From positions 1-56,069 of IMG/VR virus record IMGVR_UViG_3300022178_002962: DNA of 56,069 nt. One strand, given 5' to 3'. Shown here in pieces: positions 1 to 8,976 of the stretch (position 1 is its first letter; the number at the start of each line of letters is the position of its first letter). Position numbers and translations under genes: made by a program. A model generated the notes under the pieces. It worked only from the letters and a program-made list of their open reading frames with translations, ran no database searches and had not been told where the DNA came from. The stretch is from a virus (taxonomy: Duplodnaviria > Caudoviricetes).

Positions 1-2
1 GT

Positions 3-131
3 TTAGTTGAAATCTATAGCATATATGAAAATATGGAGGCTGTAAGTGGAAACAATTTATTTAAAAATATTCTTGAATTTTTACCAAGAACATTTAAGTC
101 TTCACTTAAAAATGAAAAAAATGAAAAATAA
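3..131 (+). CDS. C-terminal end of a phage holin (Phage_holin_4/TcdE-like), truncated by the window start
   Basis: Not in the ORF track. Frame 3 reads LVEIYSIYENMEAVSGNNLFKNILEFLP...NEK* (TAA 129-131). The E-x-x-S-I-x-E-N-x4-5-G pattern is typical of this holin family, and the ORF overlaps the start of the following putative lysin. Confidence 0.6.
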   Translation, partial: LVEIYSIYENMEAVSGNNLFKNILEFLPRTFKSSLKNEKNEK

Positions 132-555
132 ATTAGAGATATCAAGATTTTTAGAAGATAAACACCAAACTTTAGCAAAATTTTTTGTTCTTGACCATTG
201 TGAATTAGAATTATTTTCAGGATATATATTAGAGCTTCCAGACAAAGACAACAAGACTAGCATTTCAAGGATTCCACAAGGATCTTATACTTGTGTAAAA
301 AGAAATTCTCCAAAGTACAGTGATCATTTTCATGTGCTAGACGTTGAGAAAAGAAGCTACATACTTATACATCATGGAAATTATAACACTGATACAAGAG
401 GATGTCTGCTCCCGGGAAAAGATCTTATAGATATAAATGGAGATGGACTAAAAGACGTTACAAGTAGTAAAAAAACTATGGCAAAACTTAATGAGTTATT
501 GCCAGATGAATTCGAACTATGTATCATAAATGAATTTAAAGATGAGTCAAAATAA
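121..555 (+). CDS. DUF5675-family protein; putative cell-wall enzyme/endolysin (YkuD/L,D-transpeptidase-like His/Cys motif)
   Basis: Motifs LELPxxxN-x4-RIPxGxY and ILIHHGNYNTDTRGCLLPG; lies between two holin-like genes. Start is more likely ATG 121 (or 112) than GTG 46, which lies inside the upstream holin. Confidence 0.7.
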   Translation: MKNKLEISRFLEDKHQTLAKFFVLDHCELELFSGYILELPDKDNKTSISRIPQGSYTCVKRNSPKYSDHFHVLDVEKRSYILIHHGNYNTDTRGCLLPGKDLIDINGDGLKDVTSSKKTMAKLNELLPDEFELCIINEFKDESK

Positions 556-1039
556 CGATAACCCAAAGTTAAGAAAAAACGGTGGAAATGGAACTAATGT
601 AGGAAACGCACTTAGATTCCTTATTAAGCAAGGAAAGGGAGTAGCTCCTGAACTATTAGACCTAGCTGGTAACATAACAGGTATAAAGCAATTAAACTTA
701 TTAGGGACAGCTATACGAGGAGACAAGAATCTTAGTGAGCCAGATAAGAGTATTCTTCTTCAAGAGATGGAGAACGATATGATTGAGATGGTAGAGGTAA
801 CTAAGCGTCTAGGTATGGATAACGAGCATACTATTACACGTCTAGTTAGGCCCGTGACTTACGGAGCTATGTTTTTAATGTTCTTAGCTTGTGTATTCTT
901 TGATGGTAACCTAGGGGAGTTTACGATAGATAAAGCTTACGTGCCCGTAATACAATCCTTATTTGGTACTATGACTATATTTTACTTTGGATCAAGAGGT
1001 ATTGAAAAAGTAATGAAAACATTTAAAAAATCAGAATAA
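530..1039 (+). CDS. Holin-like membrane protein (GTA 3TM holin-like)
   Basis: C-terminal half has TRLVRP followed by two hydrophobic helices and FYFGSRGIEK, the pattern of the 3TM holin family. Start may be ATG 542. Confidence 0.6.
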   Translation: MNLKMSQNNDNPKLRKNGGNGTNVGNALRFLIKQGKGVAPELLDLAGNITGIKQLNLLGTAIRGDKNLSEPDKSILLQEMENDMIEMVEVTKRLGMDNEHTITRLVRPVTYGAMFLMFLACVFFDGNLGEFTIDKAYVPVIQSLFGTMTIFYFGSRGIEKVMKTFKKSE

Positions 1040-1043
1040 AATT

Positions 1044-1661
1044 ATGTACATTAAATTTATATTAATTCAACTCAAGGTTATTTTATTAATTATATTCTCA
1101 GCTATTTTTGCCTACCCATTCTTTGTTTATCCAAATAGAAGAAATAATTGGAACCACAGGTTTACTTCTTTTAGAACAAAGTGGTATTGGTTTGCTGCTG
1201 ATACAGAAGGAAGCGGATGGGAAGGGTCTGACTATGAGCATTATTTAAACGCAACTTTTGGGCTTTATGAATTAGTTAAAAAAAGAAATGAACTAGGCAA
1301 GTGGGTTCCTGATTACGAAAGGTTTAACAAAATGAACTCTGTTCAAAAATTTATTCTTGCTTACAGATGGAGCGTAATTAGAAACGGATGCTGGAACCAT
1401 ATACAAAGCGTTAAACCTAAACAAGGCCCATGGGAGAATGAACATTGTAAGATAAGTACAGGAGATGCGTCATGTAGAACTTGGAGAAATAAATATAAGT
1501 TAGGGACTCAATCTGTAACTTGGGAGGTAGAGGGAACTAAGTACTTTAGGTATTCATTTACCAAAAAAATATTTAAAGACTACTACTTTAACTTTATGGT
1601 TGGAGCTTCAACAGATAGGTATCTTATAAAATTAAGATTATTTAATATAAAAAACAATTAG
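1044..1661 (+). CDS. Hypothetical Trp/Tyr-rich protein with N-terminal transmembrane helix
   Basis: 205-aa ORF; residues ~4-29 are hydrophobic; last gene of the lysis cluster. Confidence 0.6.
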   Translation: MYIKFILIQLKVILLIIFSAIFAYPFFVYPNRRNNWNHRFTSFRTKWYWFAADTEGSGWEGSDYEHYLNATFGLYELVKKRNELGKWVPDYERFNKMNSVQKFILAYRWSVIRNGCWNHIQSVKPKQGPWENEHCKISTGDASCRTWRNKYKLGTQSVTWEVEGTKYFRYSFTKKIFKDYYFNFMVGASTDRYLIKLRLFNIKNN

Positions 1662-1709
1662 ATAATACTTTAGCTATAATACATGTTAGCTTTTTTTATC
1701 TGTTTATAG

Positions 1710-1717
1710 TATTTTTG
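1710..1717 (+). promoter_or_regulatory. Possible Bacteroidota -7 promoter element (TATTTTTG) upstream of the capsid block
   Basis: Matches TAnnTTTG in the intergenic gap; the -33 position gives only TTAG (1686-1689). Confidence 0.35.
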
Positions 1718-1748
1718 TTTAAGGAGAATTAATTTTATAAACAATTAA

Positions 1749-2900
1749 ATGGAAGGATTAAATTTAGAGGATTTAAACTTTGATACAGACAACCTACAGT
1801 TATTTAATGACGATGGTGATCTAGAAGCAGGGACAAGTCCAAAAGCAACAGAAGGTGTAGATGTTAAGCCTAGTGCAGGATCAGAATTGATTAATGCAAC
1901 TGAAAATAACACAGACGAAAAAAATATTACCAATGGTGATGACGCAGCAACTGCTGGTCAAGAGAGCGTAGCTACAGGTAAAGATGACAATCAAGTTCAG
2001 GCAGGTAAAACTGATGATGGAAAAGAAGGCAGCGATTCTTCCTCTCCTAAACTGAATGAGACTGAACAGCTTTATTCTAACTTAGCTGCACAATTCAAAG
2101 CCAAAGGAGTTTTACCTGAGCTTGATGATGTCACAAAAATAAAGTCTTTAGAAGATTTAAACAATGCAATACAAGGACGTATTGATAATAGTTTAACTGA
2201 GAGACAGAAAACTATCGAGGAAGCACAGAAAACTGGTGTTCCCGTTGGTGAAGTAGCTACTAAGGTAGATACAATTGATAAACTTAAAGGTGTTACCAAA
2301 GAGTTTATTCAGAGTGATGACAGTGTAGAGTTCAGACGTACAGCTATCGTACAGGATTTTCTACTAAAGGGATACTCTCCCGAGCGAGCCAATGAAATGA
2401 CTCAAAGAAGTATTGACGCTGGTACTGATATTGCTGACGCAGAGTTTGCAGTTGAAAGTATTATTAAAGCAGAAGAGGATTCATTGAACAGCATGATCGC
2501 TAACGCTAAAAAAGAGGAGCAACAGAAACTTGATGATGTCAAGAAGTATATTGCTAATACACGGGAAGTAGTTCCTGGGATTACATTAACTGATTCTCAA
2601 AAGGATGAGTTATATAGCCGAATTACTACGGACTTAGGTGATAGAGACAATGCCTTTATGCGAGCTCAAAAAGCTGATCCAGTTGGATCAAGAATTCGTA
2701 TCGAGACTGTTGCATACCTAACGAAGGATTTTACTGATTTCAGCATCTTTGGTGCAAGGAATGAAAGTAAGATCACCAATAACATAGAAAATTTAATAAG
2801 AGGAGCTAACTTTACAGAAAGTGGTGCTGTCGAAACTTCAATGAAAGACAGCTTATCTAACTTTAAGTTATCCGATCTTAAGGATTTTGAAATAGAATAA
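1749..2900 (+). CDS. crAss-like conserved pre-capsid gene; putative scaffolding/head assembly protein
   Basis: Acidic low-complexity N-terminus and helical C-terminus; immediately upstream of the MCP, as in the Crassvirales gene order. Confidence 0.6.
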   Translation: MEGLNLEDLNFDTDNLQLFNDDGDLEAGTSPKATEGVDVKPSAGSELINATENNTDEKNITNGDDAATAGQESVATGKDDNQVQAGKTDDGKEGSDSSSPKLNETEQLYSNLAAQFKAKGVLPELDDVTKIKSLEDLNNAIQGRIDNSLTERQKTIEEAQKTGVPVGEVATKVDTIDKLKGVTKEFIQSDDSVEFRRTAIVQDFLLKGYSPERANEMTQRSIDAGTDIADAEFAVESIIKAEEDSLNSMIANAKKEEQQKLDDVKKYIANTREVVPGITLTDSQKDELYSRITTDLGDRDNAFMRAQKADPVGSRIRIETVAYLTKDFTDFSIFGARNESKITNNIENLIRGANFTESGAVETSMKDSLSNFKLSDLKDFEIE

Positions 2901-2926
2901 AAACAACTTTTTAAAACAATTAAACT

Positions 2927-4426
2927 ATGCAACTAGGAAAATTCCAAGTTACTGATGCGAAAGCATTTGCAGGGATGATTAATCCTGAGAACACATTAGG
3001 TGCTATCTGGAGGACTAACCCTACCAAGATTAACGAAGCTATGATTAAATTGCTGGCAATCAATAGAGGTAAGTCTCTAGAGAACATGCTTTCAATGTTT
3101 GATACTAAGCAAGTAGAAAATGACAACGAGTTCTATTGGGAACTTATTGGATCATCTAGAAGAAACATTCCTCTAGTAGAAGCTACATTTAAAGGTGCGA
3201 CTGTTACTGGTAGTGACAACAACATTGGAGAAGGTGGACAAGAATTTGAACTAACATTTGACGAGCAGTGGTTCTTCAAAGGAGAAATCATCGTTGGTGA
3301 GAAAAATGAAGTATATCCAATTCGTATACTTAATGATGGTTACCCATCAGGATCTCAGTGGATTCACACATGTGAAATCGCAGGATCTGACAGAACAGGT
3401 ATTCCTGGATCTGAATTAACAGCTGGAAAAAGATTTACTGAGGAGTTTGCTCCTGTAGGTAAAGGTCTTTCTCGTGAAGTTGGTGGAATTCGTAGAGTAA
3501 CTCCTGTATCTATGAGAGGTGAGTTAACTACTATTCGTATTGACCATAAACTTCCTGGTGATGCCACTGGAAAGAAAGTAGTAATGGGAATTCCTGTTAT
3601 CGCTAAAGATGGTTCTAAGAAAGTATTTGGAGCTTTATCATTATATGAAGATTGGTTAGTAGAGCAAGAATTTTCTCTTTACAAAAACAAATTCCTTATG
3701 TATGGTAAAACTAACCGTACTGCTGATGGACAATACCATAACAAAGACGTATCTGGTCGTAGCATCAAGATTGGTTCTGGTATCCGTGAGCAAATGGAGC
3801 AGTCTAACACTTACTTCTACAATGATTTCTCAATTGAGTTATTAGAAGAAATCCTTTTCGGAATTTCAGAAGGTAAGTTAGGATTTGATCAGCGTGTATT
3901 CATTCTTCGTACTGGAGAGAGAGGAGCTGCTGAATTCCATAAAGCTGTATTACAAACAACTTCAGGTTGGTCAGCTAACATGTCTACACCAGGAACTAAT
4001 CCTGCGACTGTTAAGCAAACTACATCTCCATTACACAAAAATGCAATGGCAGCTGGATTCCAGTTTGTAGAGTACATGGCACCAAATGGTGTAACTGTAA
4101 AGTTAGAAGTAGATGATTTCTATGATGACAAAGTTCGTAACACAATAAAGATCCCTGGATCTAATGGTGTAGCTGAATCTTACAGATTCGATATCTTTTA
4201 TGTTGGAACTCCAGAAGAGCCAAACATTCAAAAGGTAATGGTTAAAGGAAAAGAAGAGTACCGTGGATACCAATGGGGCTTCAGAAATCCTTTTACAGGA
4301 GCTGTAAATAACGGGAACATGGGAACTTTAGAAGATAGTGGAACTATCACTAAGTTCTGTCAAGTAGGAGTAGTAGTATACGATGCGAGTCGTACTGCAT
4401 CTATCATCCCTTACGTACTAGCGTAA
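2927..4426 (+). CDS. Major capsid protein (crAss-like, HK97 fold)
   Basis: 499 aa; crAss MCP-like segments (FYWELIG, GSGIREQ, LRTGERGAAEFH, GFQFVEYMAPNGVTV); strong A-rich leader and a terminator immediately downstream. Confidence 0.88.
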   Translation: MQLGKFQVTDAKAFAGMINPENTLGAIWRTNPTKINEAMIKLLAINRGKSLENMLSMFDTKQVENDNEFYWELIGSSRRNIPLVEATFKGATVTGSDNNIGEGGQEFELTFDEQWFFKGEIIVGEKNEVYPIRILNDGYPSGSQWIHTCEIAGSDRTGIPGSELTAGKRFTEEFAPVGKGLSREVGGIRRVTPVSMRGELTTIRIDHKLPGDATGKKVVMGIPVIAKDGSKKVFGALSLYEDWLVEQEFSLYKNKFLMYGKTNRTADGQYHNKDVSGRSIKIGSGIREQMEQSNTYFYNDFSIELLEEILFGISEGKLGFDQRVFILRTGERGAAEFHKAVLQTTSGWSANMSTPGTNPATVKQTTSPLHKNAMAAGFQFVEYMAPNGVTVKLEVDDFYDDKVRNTIKIPGSNGVAESYRFDIFYVGTPEEPNIQKVMVKGKEEYRGYQWGFRNPFTGAVNNGNMGTLEDSGTITKFCQVGVVVYDASRTASIIPYVLA

Positions 4427-4438
4427 TTGATAAAAACT

Positions 4439-4475
4439 TAATCACCCCTGGTTGTTCGCCGGGGGAGATTATTTT
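4439..4475 (+). terminator. Intrinsic terminator/attenuator after MCP
   Basis: TAATC-A-CCCCTGG ttgttcg CCGGGGG-A-GATTA stem (one G-U pair) followed by TTTT. A second small hairpin TGGGAG/CTCCCA lies at 4486-4508. Confidence 0.6.
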
Positions 4476-4543
4476 AAATAACAGTTGGGAGATCTGTAAA
4501 CACTCCCACACATAAGGAAGGAAGAATCATAAAATAAGGTAAA

Positions 4544-5467
4544 ATGGCAACAGCTAAAAAGAAGCCTACCCCAGCAAAAGCTGAACAGGTAGCGGAAGTA
4601 AAAGCAGATGTAGTAAGAACTGATTTCTTAGAGAATAAGATTGTAACAGTTAAGTACATTTCAAAAGAAAACAATGGGATTACAGATGTTAAACATGTAG
4701 CTCATGGTGGATTATTAAATGGAGCAGAGGTAGCAATACCAGCACCAACAATGGATAATGGGAAGATGAAAAATCTTCTTACTAGTGTAGAGAAAGAAGG
4801 ACTAGAGAAAATGCTAAATGGCGTTAATCTTTCTATCTATGGAGACTTCTGGAAAGAAGGTGGTGAATCATACAATATGGGGATCCTACCAATCTATCTA
4901 AGCAAGGATGACATGAGATTAGATTTATCTGATCCTTATGACTACATTAAATTTAAAGTACTATCAGCGTGTCCTATCGTAGCTAATAGCTTAGATGAAG
5001 TTAGACACAGAGCAACTAATAGATTTGTACTTACCTCAGCATCTGAAGTAATGGCAAAAGAAATTAGTAAAGTTGGAAGTAAAGTACAGGCTTACAAATT
5101 GTTTGTTAAGTTTGAAGAAGATAAAGATGTATTAAGATATGCATTAAGAAACCTTGGTAGAAATACTAATAGAAGTAACAAGATGGACTTCTTACAGTCA
5201 GAGCTACACAAGGAGCTAGAAAAGAACCCAGGACTAGTTTGTTCTGTAATGGGTGATGAGTTCCTTAAGACTAAGGTATTGCTTGAGCAGTGCTACGAGT
5301 TTGGTGCAGTAAACAAGGTTGATAAGCAGTTCTTTACATTAGATGATGAGCCTATCTGTGATGGAGGTGGATCATCAACACTACAGGTTGCAGCTGAATA
5401 CTTAGCTACAAACTTAGGACAAGAAATGAGATTAAGCCTTGAGGCAAGATTAAATAACTTAAAATAG
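4544..5467 (+). CDS. Conserved crAss-like protein downstream of MCP (gene 75-like), function unknown
   Basis: 307 aa; LDLSDPYDYIKFKVL motif and position directly after the MCP. Confidence 0.65.
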   Translation: MATAKKKPTPAKAEQVAEVKADVVRTDFLENKIVTVKYISKENNGITDVKHVAHGGLLNGAEVAIPAPTMDNGKMKNLLTSVEKEGLEKMLNGVNLSIYGDFWKEGGESYNMGILPIYLSKDDMRLDLSDPYDYIKFKVLSACPIVANSLDEVRHRATNRFVLTSASEVMAKEISKVGSKVQAYKLFVKFEEDKDVLRYALRNLGRNTNRSNKMDFLQSELHKELEKNPGLVCSVMGDEFLKTKVLLEQCYEFGAVNKVDKQFFTLDDEPICDGGGSSTLQVAAEYLATNLGQEMRLSLEARLNNLK

Positions 5468-5470
5468 AAT

Positions 5471-6253
5471 ATGACTGCATCAGAAATTAGAGAGGAGTTT
5501 AACTTAAGATACAACAATGCACTGGAAGGTGCCCCTGGTTTGGATACTTTTGAAATAAGCACTTATCTTACAATTGCACAAGAGCAATATGTTAAAGTAC
5601 AGTATGATGCAGCGAAGGATCCTAATAGCTCTTTTGAACAAAACGAAAAGTCCAGAAGAGCATTAGCTAGTTTAGTAAAAAATGTAAGGCTTCGTGAGCC
5701 TCTTACAAATGTACTTTCGACATCTGATAATAATCCACTTGTTGGATTAACTGACGAGTCTGTATTTTTTGCAATTGCAGAAGACGTTATGTATATAGTC
5801 TTAGAGACTATTACTTACAATGGTGATGCGAGTTTACCAGACAGAATTATAGGAGGTAAGACAATACCGGTTATTCCAACTACACATGATGAATTCATGC
5901 TAAGTTATAATAACCCATTTAGAAAACCCAATGTAAGAAAAGCTTTTAGAATTGATTCTAGCTTTCCTAACCCTAAGATTGTCACAGAGATTATTGCTGA
6001 TAATAAGATAAAGATACAGCAGTATAATGTAAGATACATAGCTAAGCCACAACCAATAATTGTAGAGAGCCTAGAGTCAGCAGAAGATGTTGCTGGATTA
6101 GATCTAACAATTGAAGGTAAGGTAGCTGAAGCACCGTGTCGTCTAAATGATTTTACTCACAGAGACATAGTAAACATAGCGGTTGAAAACGCAGTGTTAG
6201 ACTACAGAGAGAGTAACTTACAAGGAAGAATGCAATTAGACTCTAGAGTATAA
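5471..6253 (+). CDS. Tail ring/head-tail connector protein (crAss gene 74-like)
   Basis: N-terminal EFNLRYNN...PGLDTFEISTYLTIAQ and C-terminal YxxxPxPII...CxLxxxxHxxIVxxAV, the pattern of crAss ring proteins; syntenic. Confidence 0.7.
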   Translation: MTASEIREEFNLRYNNALEGAPGLDTFEISTYLTIAQEQYVKVQYDAAKDPNSSFEQNEKSRRALASLVKNVRLREPLTNVLSTSDNNPLVGLTDESVFFAIAEDVMYIVLETITYNGDASLPDRIIGGKTIPVIPTTHDEFMLSYNNPFRKPNVRKAFRIDSSFPNPKIVTEIIADNKIKIQQYNVRYIAKPQPIIVESLESAEDVAGLDLTIEGKVAEAPCRLNDFTHRDIVNIAVENAVLDYRESNLQGRMQLDSRV

Positions 6254-6277
6254 AAGAATAAATGTTAATAAAAGAAA

Positions 6278-6308
6278 TTGGATAGTTGATACGAATCCTT
6301 TATCTTCA
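6278..6308 (+). promoter_or_regulatory. Variant Bacteroidota-type promoter (TTG-N20-TATCTTCA)
   Basis: Same spacing and flanks (AGTTG after TTG, CCTT before the -7 box) as the 17729 promoter, with two mismatches in the -7 box. Confidence 0.35.
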
Positions 6309-6349
6309 CAGAAGTATCAAAATTTATTAATTAAAAACAATTCAAAATT

Positions 6350-7309
6350 ATGGGATTAGCTGGACAGAATCAGGTAAGACACATGTACGTAGGTACAGCA
6401 GATGTAGCAGATTTTGCTGCATTAAAAGCAGGAAGTGCTAACAGTTTAGTACTATTAGGAGCTGACGGTGCTGCCGTGGCTGCTGGGAAAGACTTCAAGT
6501 TATTTCAAAAGGATGCACTAGGAAACATTATCTCTAGTGATACCATCAAAACAGATAATGTATTGCACGTAAGCTCAGTAGCATACACTGCACCAACACT
6601 TAAAAAGTACACTGTATCTGCATTAACTGTAGACGCAAATACTCTTTACACGGTAAATATCTTAATCTCTGGACATGGTTCACTATCTCCTGAGGATGAG
6701 TATTTAAAGCAAGGATTCTACAAAGCTGTTAATGGTAATGATCAAGAGGATATTGTTGATGGACTTATTGCTTCATTAAACCGTAACTTCTCAAGAGAGC
6801 CAGGTGCGACCGCAAGTACTAACAAATCTTTTACTTTTTCTAAGACTGGAACTGGAGCAACTGCTGCATTAGTTGTTGAGGCTAAAGCGGACGGAGCTGG
6901 TTTTGACGGAGACAAAAAGATAGATGTTTACACTGAGTTTAGTCTTGATGTATCTGCAACTACTTATCCTACTGTAACTCTTACTGAGGCAGGAAGTAAA
7001 GGAGTTGGTACAGGATACCAAGTAGTAGAAATGGAATACTTCTTATTAGGTGAGCGTGGAGATACTCTTCGTAAAAATGCGTATCCATTCGATATCAATG
7101 GGCCGGCATTAGTTTCTACACCAGGAGGATCTTATGACCTTATTGAAATTTCTTACTTTGATGAAGGAAGAGATGAGGCTAAAAAATCTAAGAAAAGTTT
7201 AACTATTGCTATGCCAACTGCAGCTTCACCAAACGCAGCGGTAAACAGTGTTATTGCTGACTTAAATACTATTTTAGGTGCAGGATCTGTTGCAACTATC
7301 AAAGCTTAG
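6350..7309 (+). CDS. Auxiliary capsid (decoration) protein, crAss-like
   Basis: Starts with QNQVRHMYV; contains GxGTGYQVxEMEYFLLGERGD; Ala/Thr/Gly-rich beta composition; has its own leader and terminator, consistent with a high-copy virion protein. Confidence 0.7.
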   Translation: MGLAGQNQVRHMYVGTADVADFAALKAGSANSLVLLGADGAAVAAGKDFKLFQKDALGNIISSDTIKTDNVLHVSSVAYTAPTLKKYTVSALTVDANTLYTVNILISGHGSLSPEDEYLKQGFYKAVNGNDQEDIVDGLIASLNRNFSREPGATASTNKSFTFSKTGTGATAALVVEAKADGAGFDGDKKIDVYTEFSLDVSATTYPTVTLTEAGSKGVGTGYQVVEMEYFLLGERGDTLRKNAYPFDINGPALVSTPGGSYDLIEISYFDEGRDEAKKSKKSLTIAMPTAASPNAAVNSVIADLNTILGAGSVATIKA

Positions 7310-7339
7310 TAATACGTAATAGCTAAGATTACAAATACC

Positions 7340-7377
7340 AAAGGGACTGGAATTTAATTTTCCCAGTCCCTTTTTTT
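7340..7377 (+). terminator. Rho-independent terminator
   Basis: AAAGGGACTGG/CCAGTCCCTTT inverted repeat followed by a T7 run. Confidence 0.85.
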
Positions 7378-7403
7378 ATTAATTAAACAATACAAAAATA
7401 ATT

Positions 7404-8000
7404 ATGGCAATTAACGTAACAAAGTTTATGGTTACCAATGATCTGCAATCTATGGAATTAGATATTACTGCAGAGCCTGGTCATACTATAACAAGCATCG
7501 CATTGTGGGATGAGAATACATACAACAACCCAGACCCAGAAGTATTGCTTGATCTAACTAGTCTTTTAGAAGGAACAACCAACACTGAGTCATTAGTTAT
7601 AGGTCAAGTTGATCTTTCGGGAACAATATATATGGGTGACCTTACCGGAATATACTTCATGAGAATATCAGCCAGTAATGGTGATGCTATTATTGTAGCT
7701 ACCATTAACTTAACTCAGTGGTATATTGTGACGGCTAGACTTATAGCAAACGTAGATTTATCTTGTTTGAACTGTAATGCTAACTTTCAGAATGCACTAC
7801 TACTTGACTTATACTTAGAAGCAATAAAGAGTGCCCTGACAATAGGAAGATTTAAAGATGCTATTCAGCACTTATCAAAATTAAAAATAACAGCAGGTAC
7901 AGGAGACTGTAGCGAATGTGATACTCTAGAACCTTTGATTTCTACGGCAGGGAATATAGTTTCAGTAGGAGTTATCGACTGTACAATAACAACACCATAA
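7404..8000 (+). CDS. Putative tail hub protein A (fibre attachment)
   Basis: Beta-rich N-terminus, helical C-terminus with CLNC and CSEC Cys pairs; position after the auxiliary capsid gene matches crAss tail hub genes. Confidence 0.5.
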   Translation: MAINVTKFMVTNDLQSMELDITAEPGHTITSIALWDENTYNNPDPEVLLDLTSLLEGTTNTESLVIGQVDLSGTIYMGDLTGIYFMRISASNGDAIIVATINLTQWYIVTARLIANVDLSCLNCNANFQNALLLDLYLEAIKSALTIGRFKDAIQHLSKLKITAGTGDCSECDTLEPLISTAGNIVSVGVIDCTITTP

Positions 8001-8001
8001 C

Positions 8002-8958
8002 ATGACTATAAAAAACGGAAGAGTATACGAGGCTTCAATGAGAAATCTATCTAACAAGCTAGATAACTACGGAGATGCAAATATAGAAAACTTAAGTCTA
8101 CTTAAGCTTATCTATAAGTACGCATGCTACGCAACTACACATACACAACTAAATACATTAGATGGTTTAGTTGCTTGGTTACAAGTAAATGATCCGCTTA
8201 TATGTTCTGAGATAATGGCAAACAGAGGAAGTGACTATGTATGGGTTCCACCAGCAGTAGACTTAACTGTCTTAGCAAGTGACCCACCAATCATAGTTCC
8301 TAACGGAGTTATACTAGATGGAGCAACTACCACAAAAACATTTACTAGTGAGGAAATATACGAAGGGTATTCTGATCCAGGAGGATTGGCACCTTCTGCA
8401 TTTTCTATACTAACATTGCCAGCTACTGGGGAATTAAAGTATGACGGAGAGCCCGTTACACTTGTAGCACAGTTAACGGATCCTACGCTTTTAACTTATG
8501 AGAGAGCAGGAACTTCAGCTTATGGAGAAACATTTAATTTAACAGCGTGGAACAGCAGTTCTTTTGCAGCAACAGAAAGTGCATCAGTTGCATTTCCTTT
8601 GACTATAGAAGAATTTGGAAACGGAAACTTAGCACCAACAGTGGGAGATAGAGCACAATATGCTGGAAACAGATCAATAACAGTATTTACTGTTGCAGAC
8701 TTTACTAGCTTAACAATCGCACCTTACTTTGATCCGGAAGGGAATGAACTAGATGCAATTAGAATAGACGAGATATCAACAGCCAATTCAGGAAGTTACT
8801 ATTACTTTGGAGCACCTGTTGTAGCTGGACAGATAATTACTAAAGATGAGCTAGAGCAAGGAGCTTTCTATCATTCAGGACCAGATGCTAACGCTATCTC
8901 AACAGATAGTTTTAACGCTAGTCTTCGTGACGATGTAAACATGACCTGGGTATCATAA
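8002..8958 (+). CDS. Putative tail hub protein B fused to two cadherin/Ig-like repeats
   Basis: Helical ~75-aa N-terminus, then two ~100-aa repeats (FTSEEI..YSDPGG..LTLPATGELKYDG; FTVADFT..YFDPEGNELDAIRI..GQII). Confidence 0.55.
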   Translation: MTIKNGRVYEASMRNLSNKLDNYGDANIENLSLLKLIYKYACYATTHTQLNTLDGLVAWLQVNDPLICSEIMANRGSDYVWVPPAVDLTVLASDPPIIVPNGVILDGATTTKTFTSEEIYEGYSDPGGLAPSAFSILTLPATGELKYDGEPVTLVAQLTDPTLLTYERAGTSAYGETFNLTAWNSSSFAATESASVAFPLTIEEFGNGNLAPTVGDRAQYAGNRSITVFTVADFTSLTIAPYFDPEGNELDAIRIDEISTANSGSYYYFGAPVVAGQIITKDELEQGAFYHSGPDANAISTDSFNASLRDDVNMTWVS

Positions 8959-8976
8959 TTTAAAACAAAAAGAAGA

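Noticed and set aside
46-120. Extended N-termini given by the ORF track (46, 10151, 17729, 46330, 52664)
   Set aside because: Each extension overlaps another gene, a promoter or a hairpin; downstream ATGs fit better, most with A-rich leaders.
1721-1726. AAGGAG Shine-Dalgarno-like hexamer
   Set aside because: It is 22 nt from the ATG, too far for SD function, and other genes lack SD sites.
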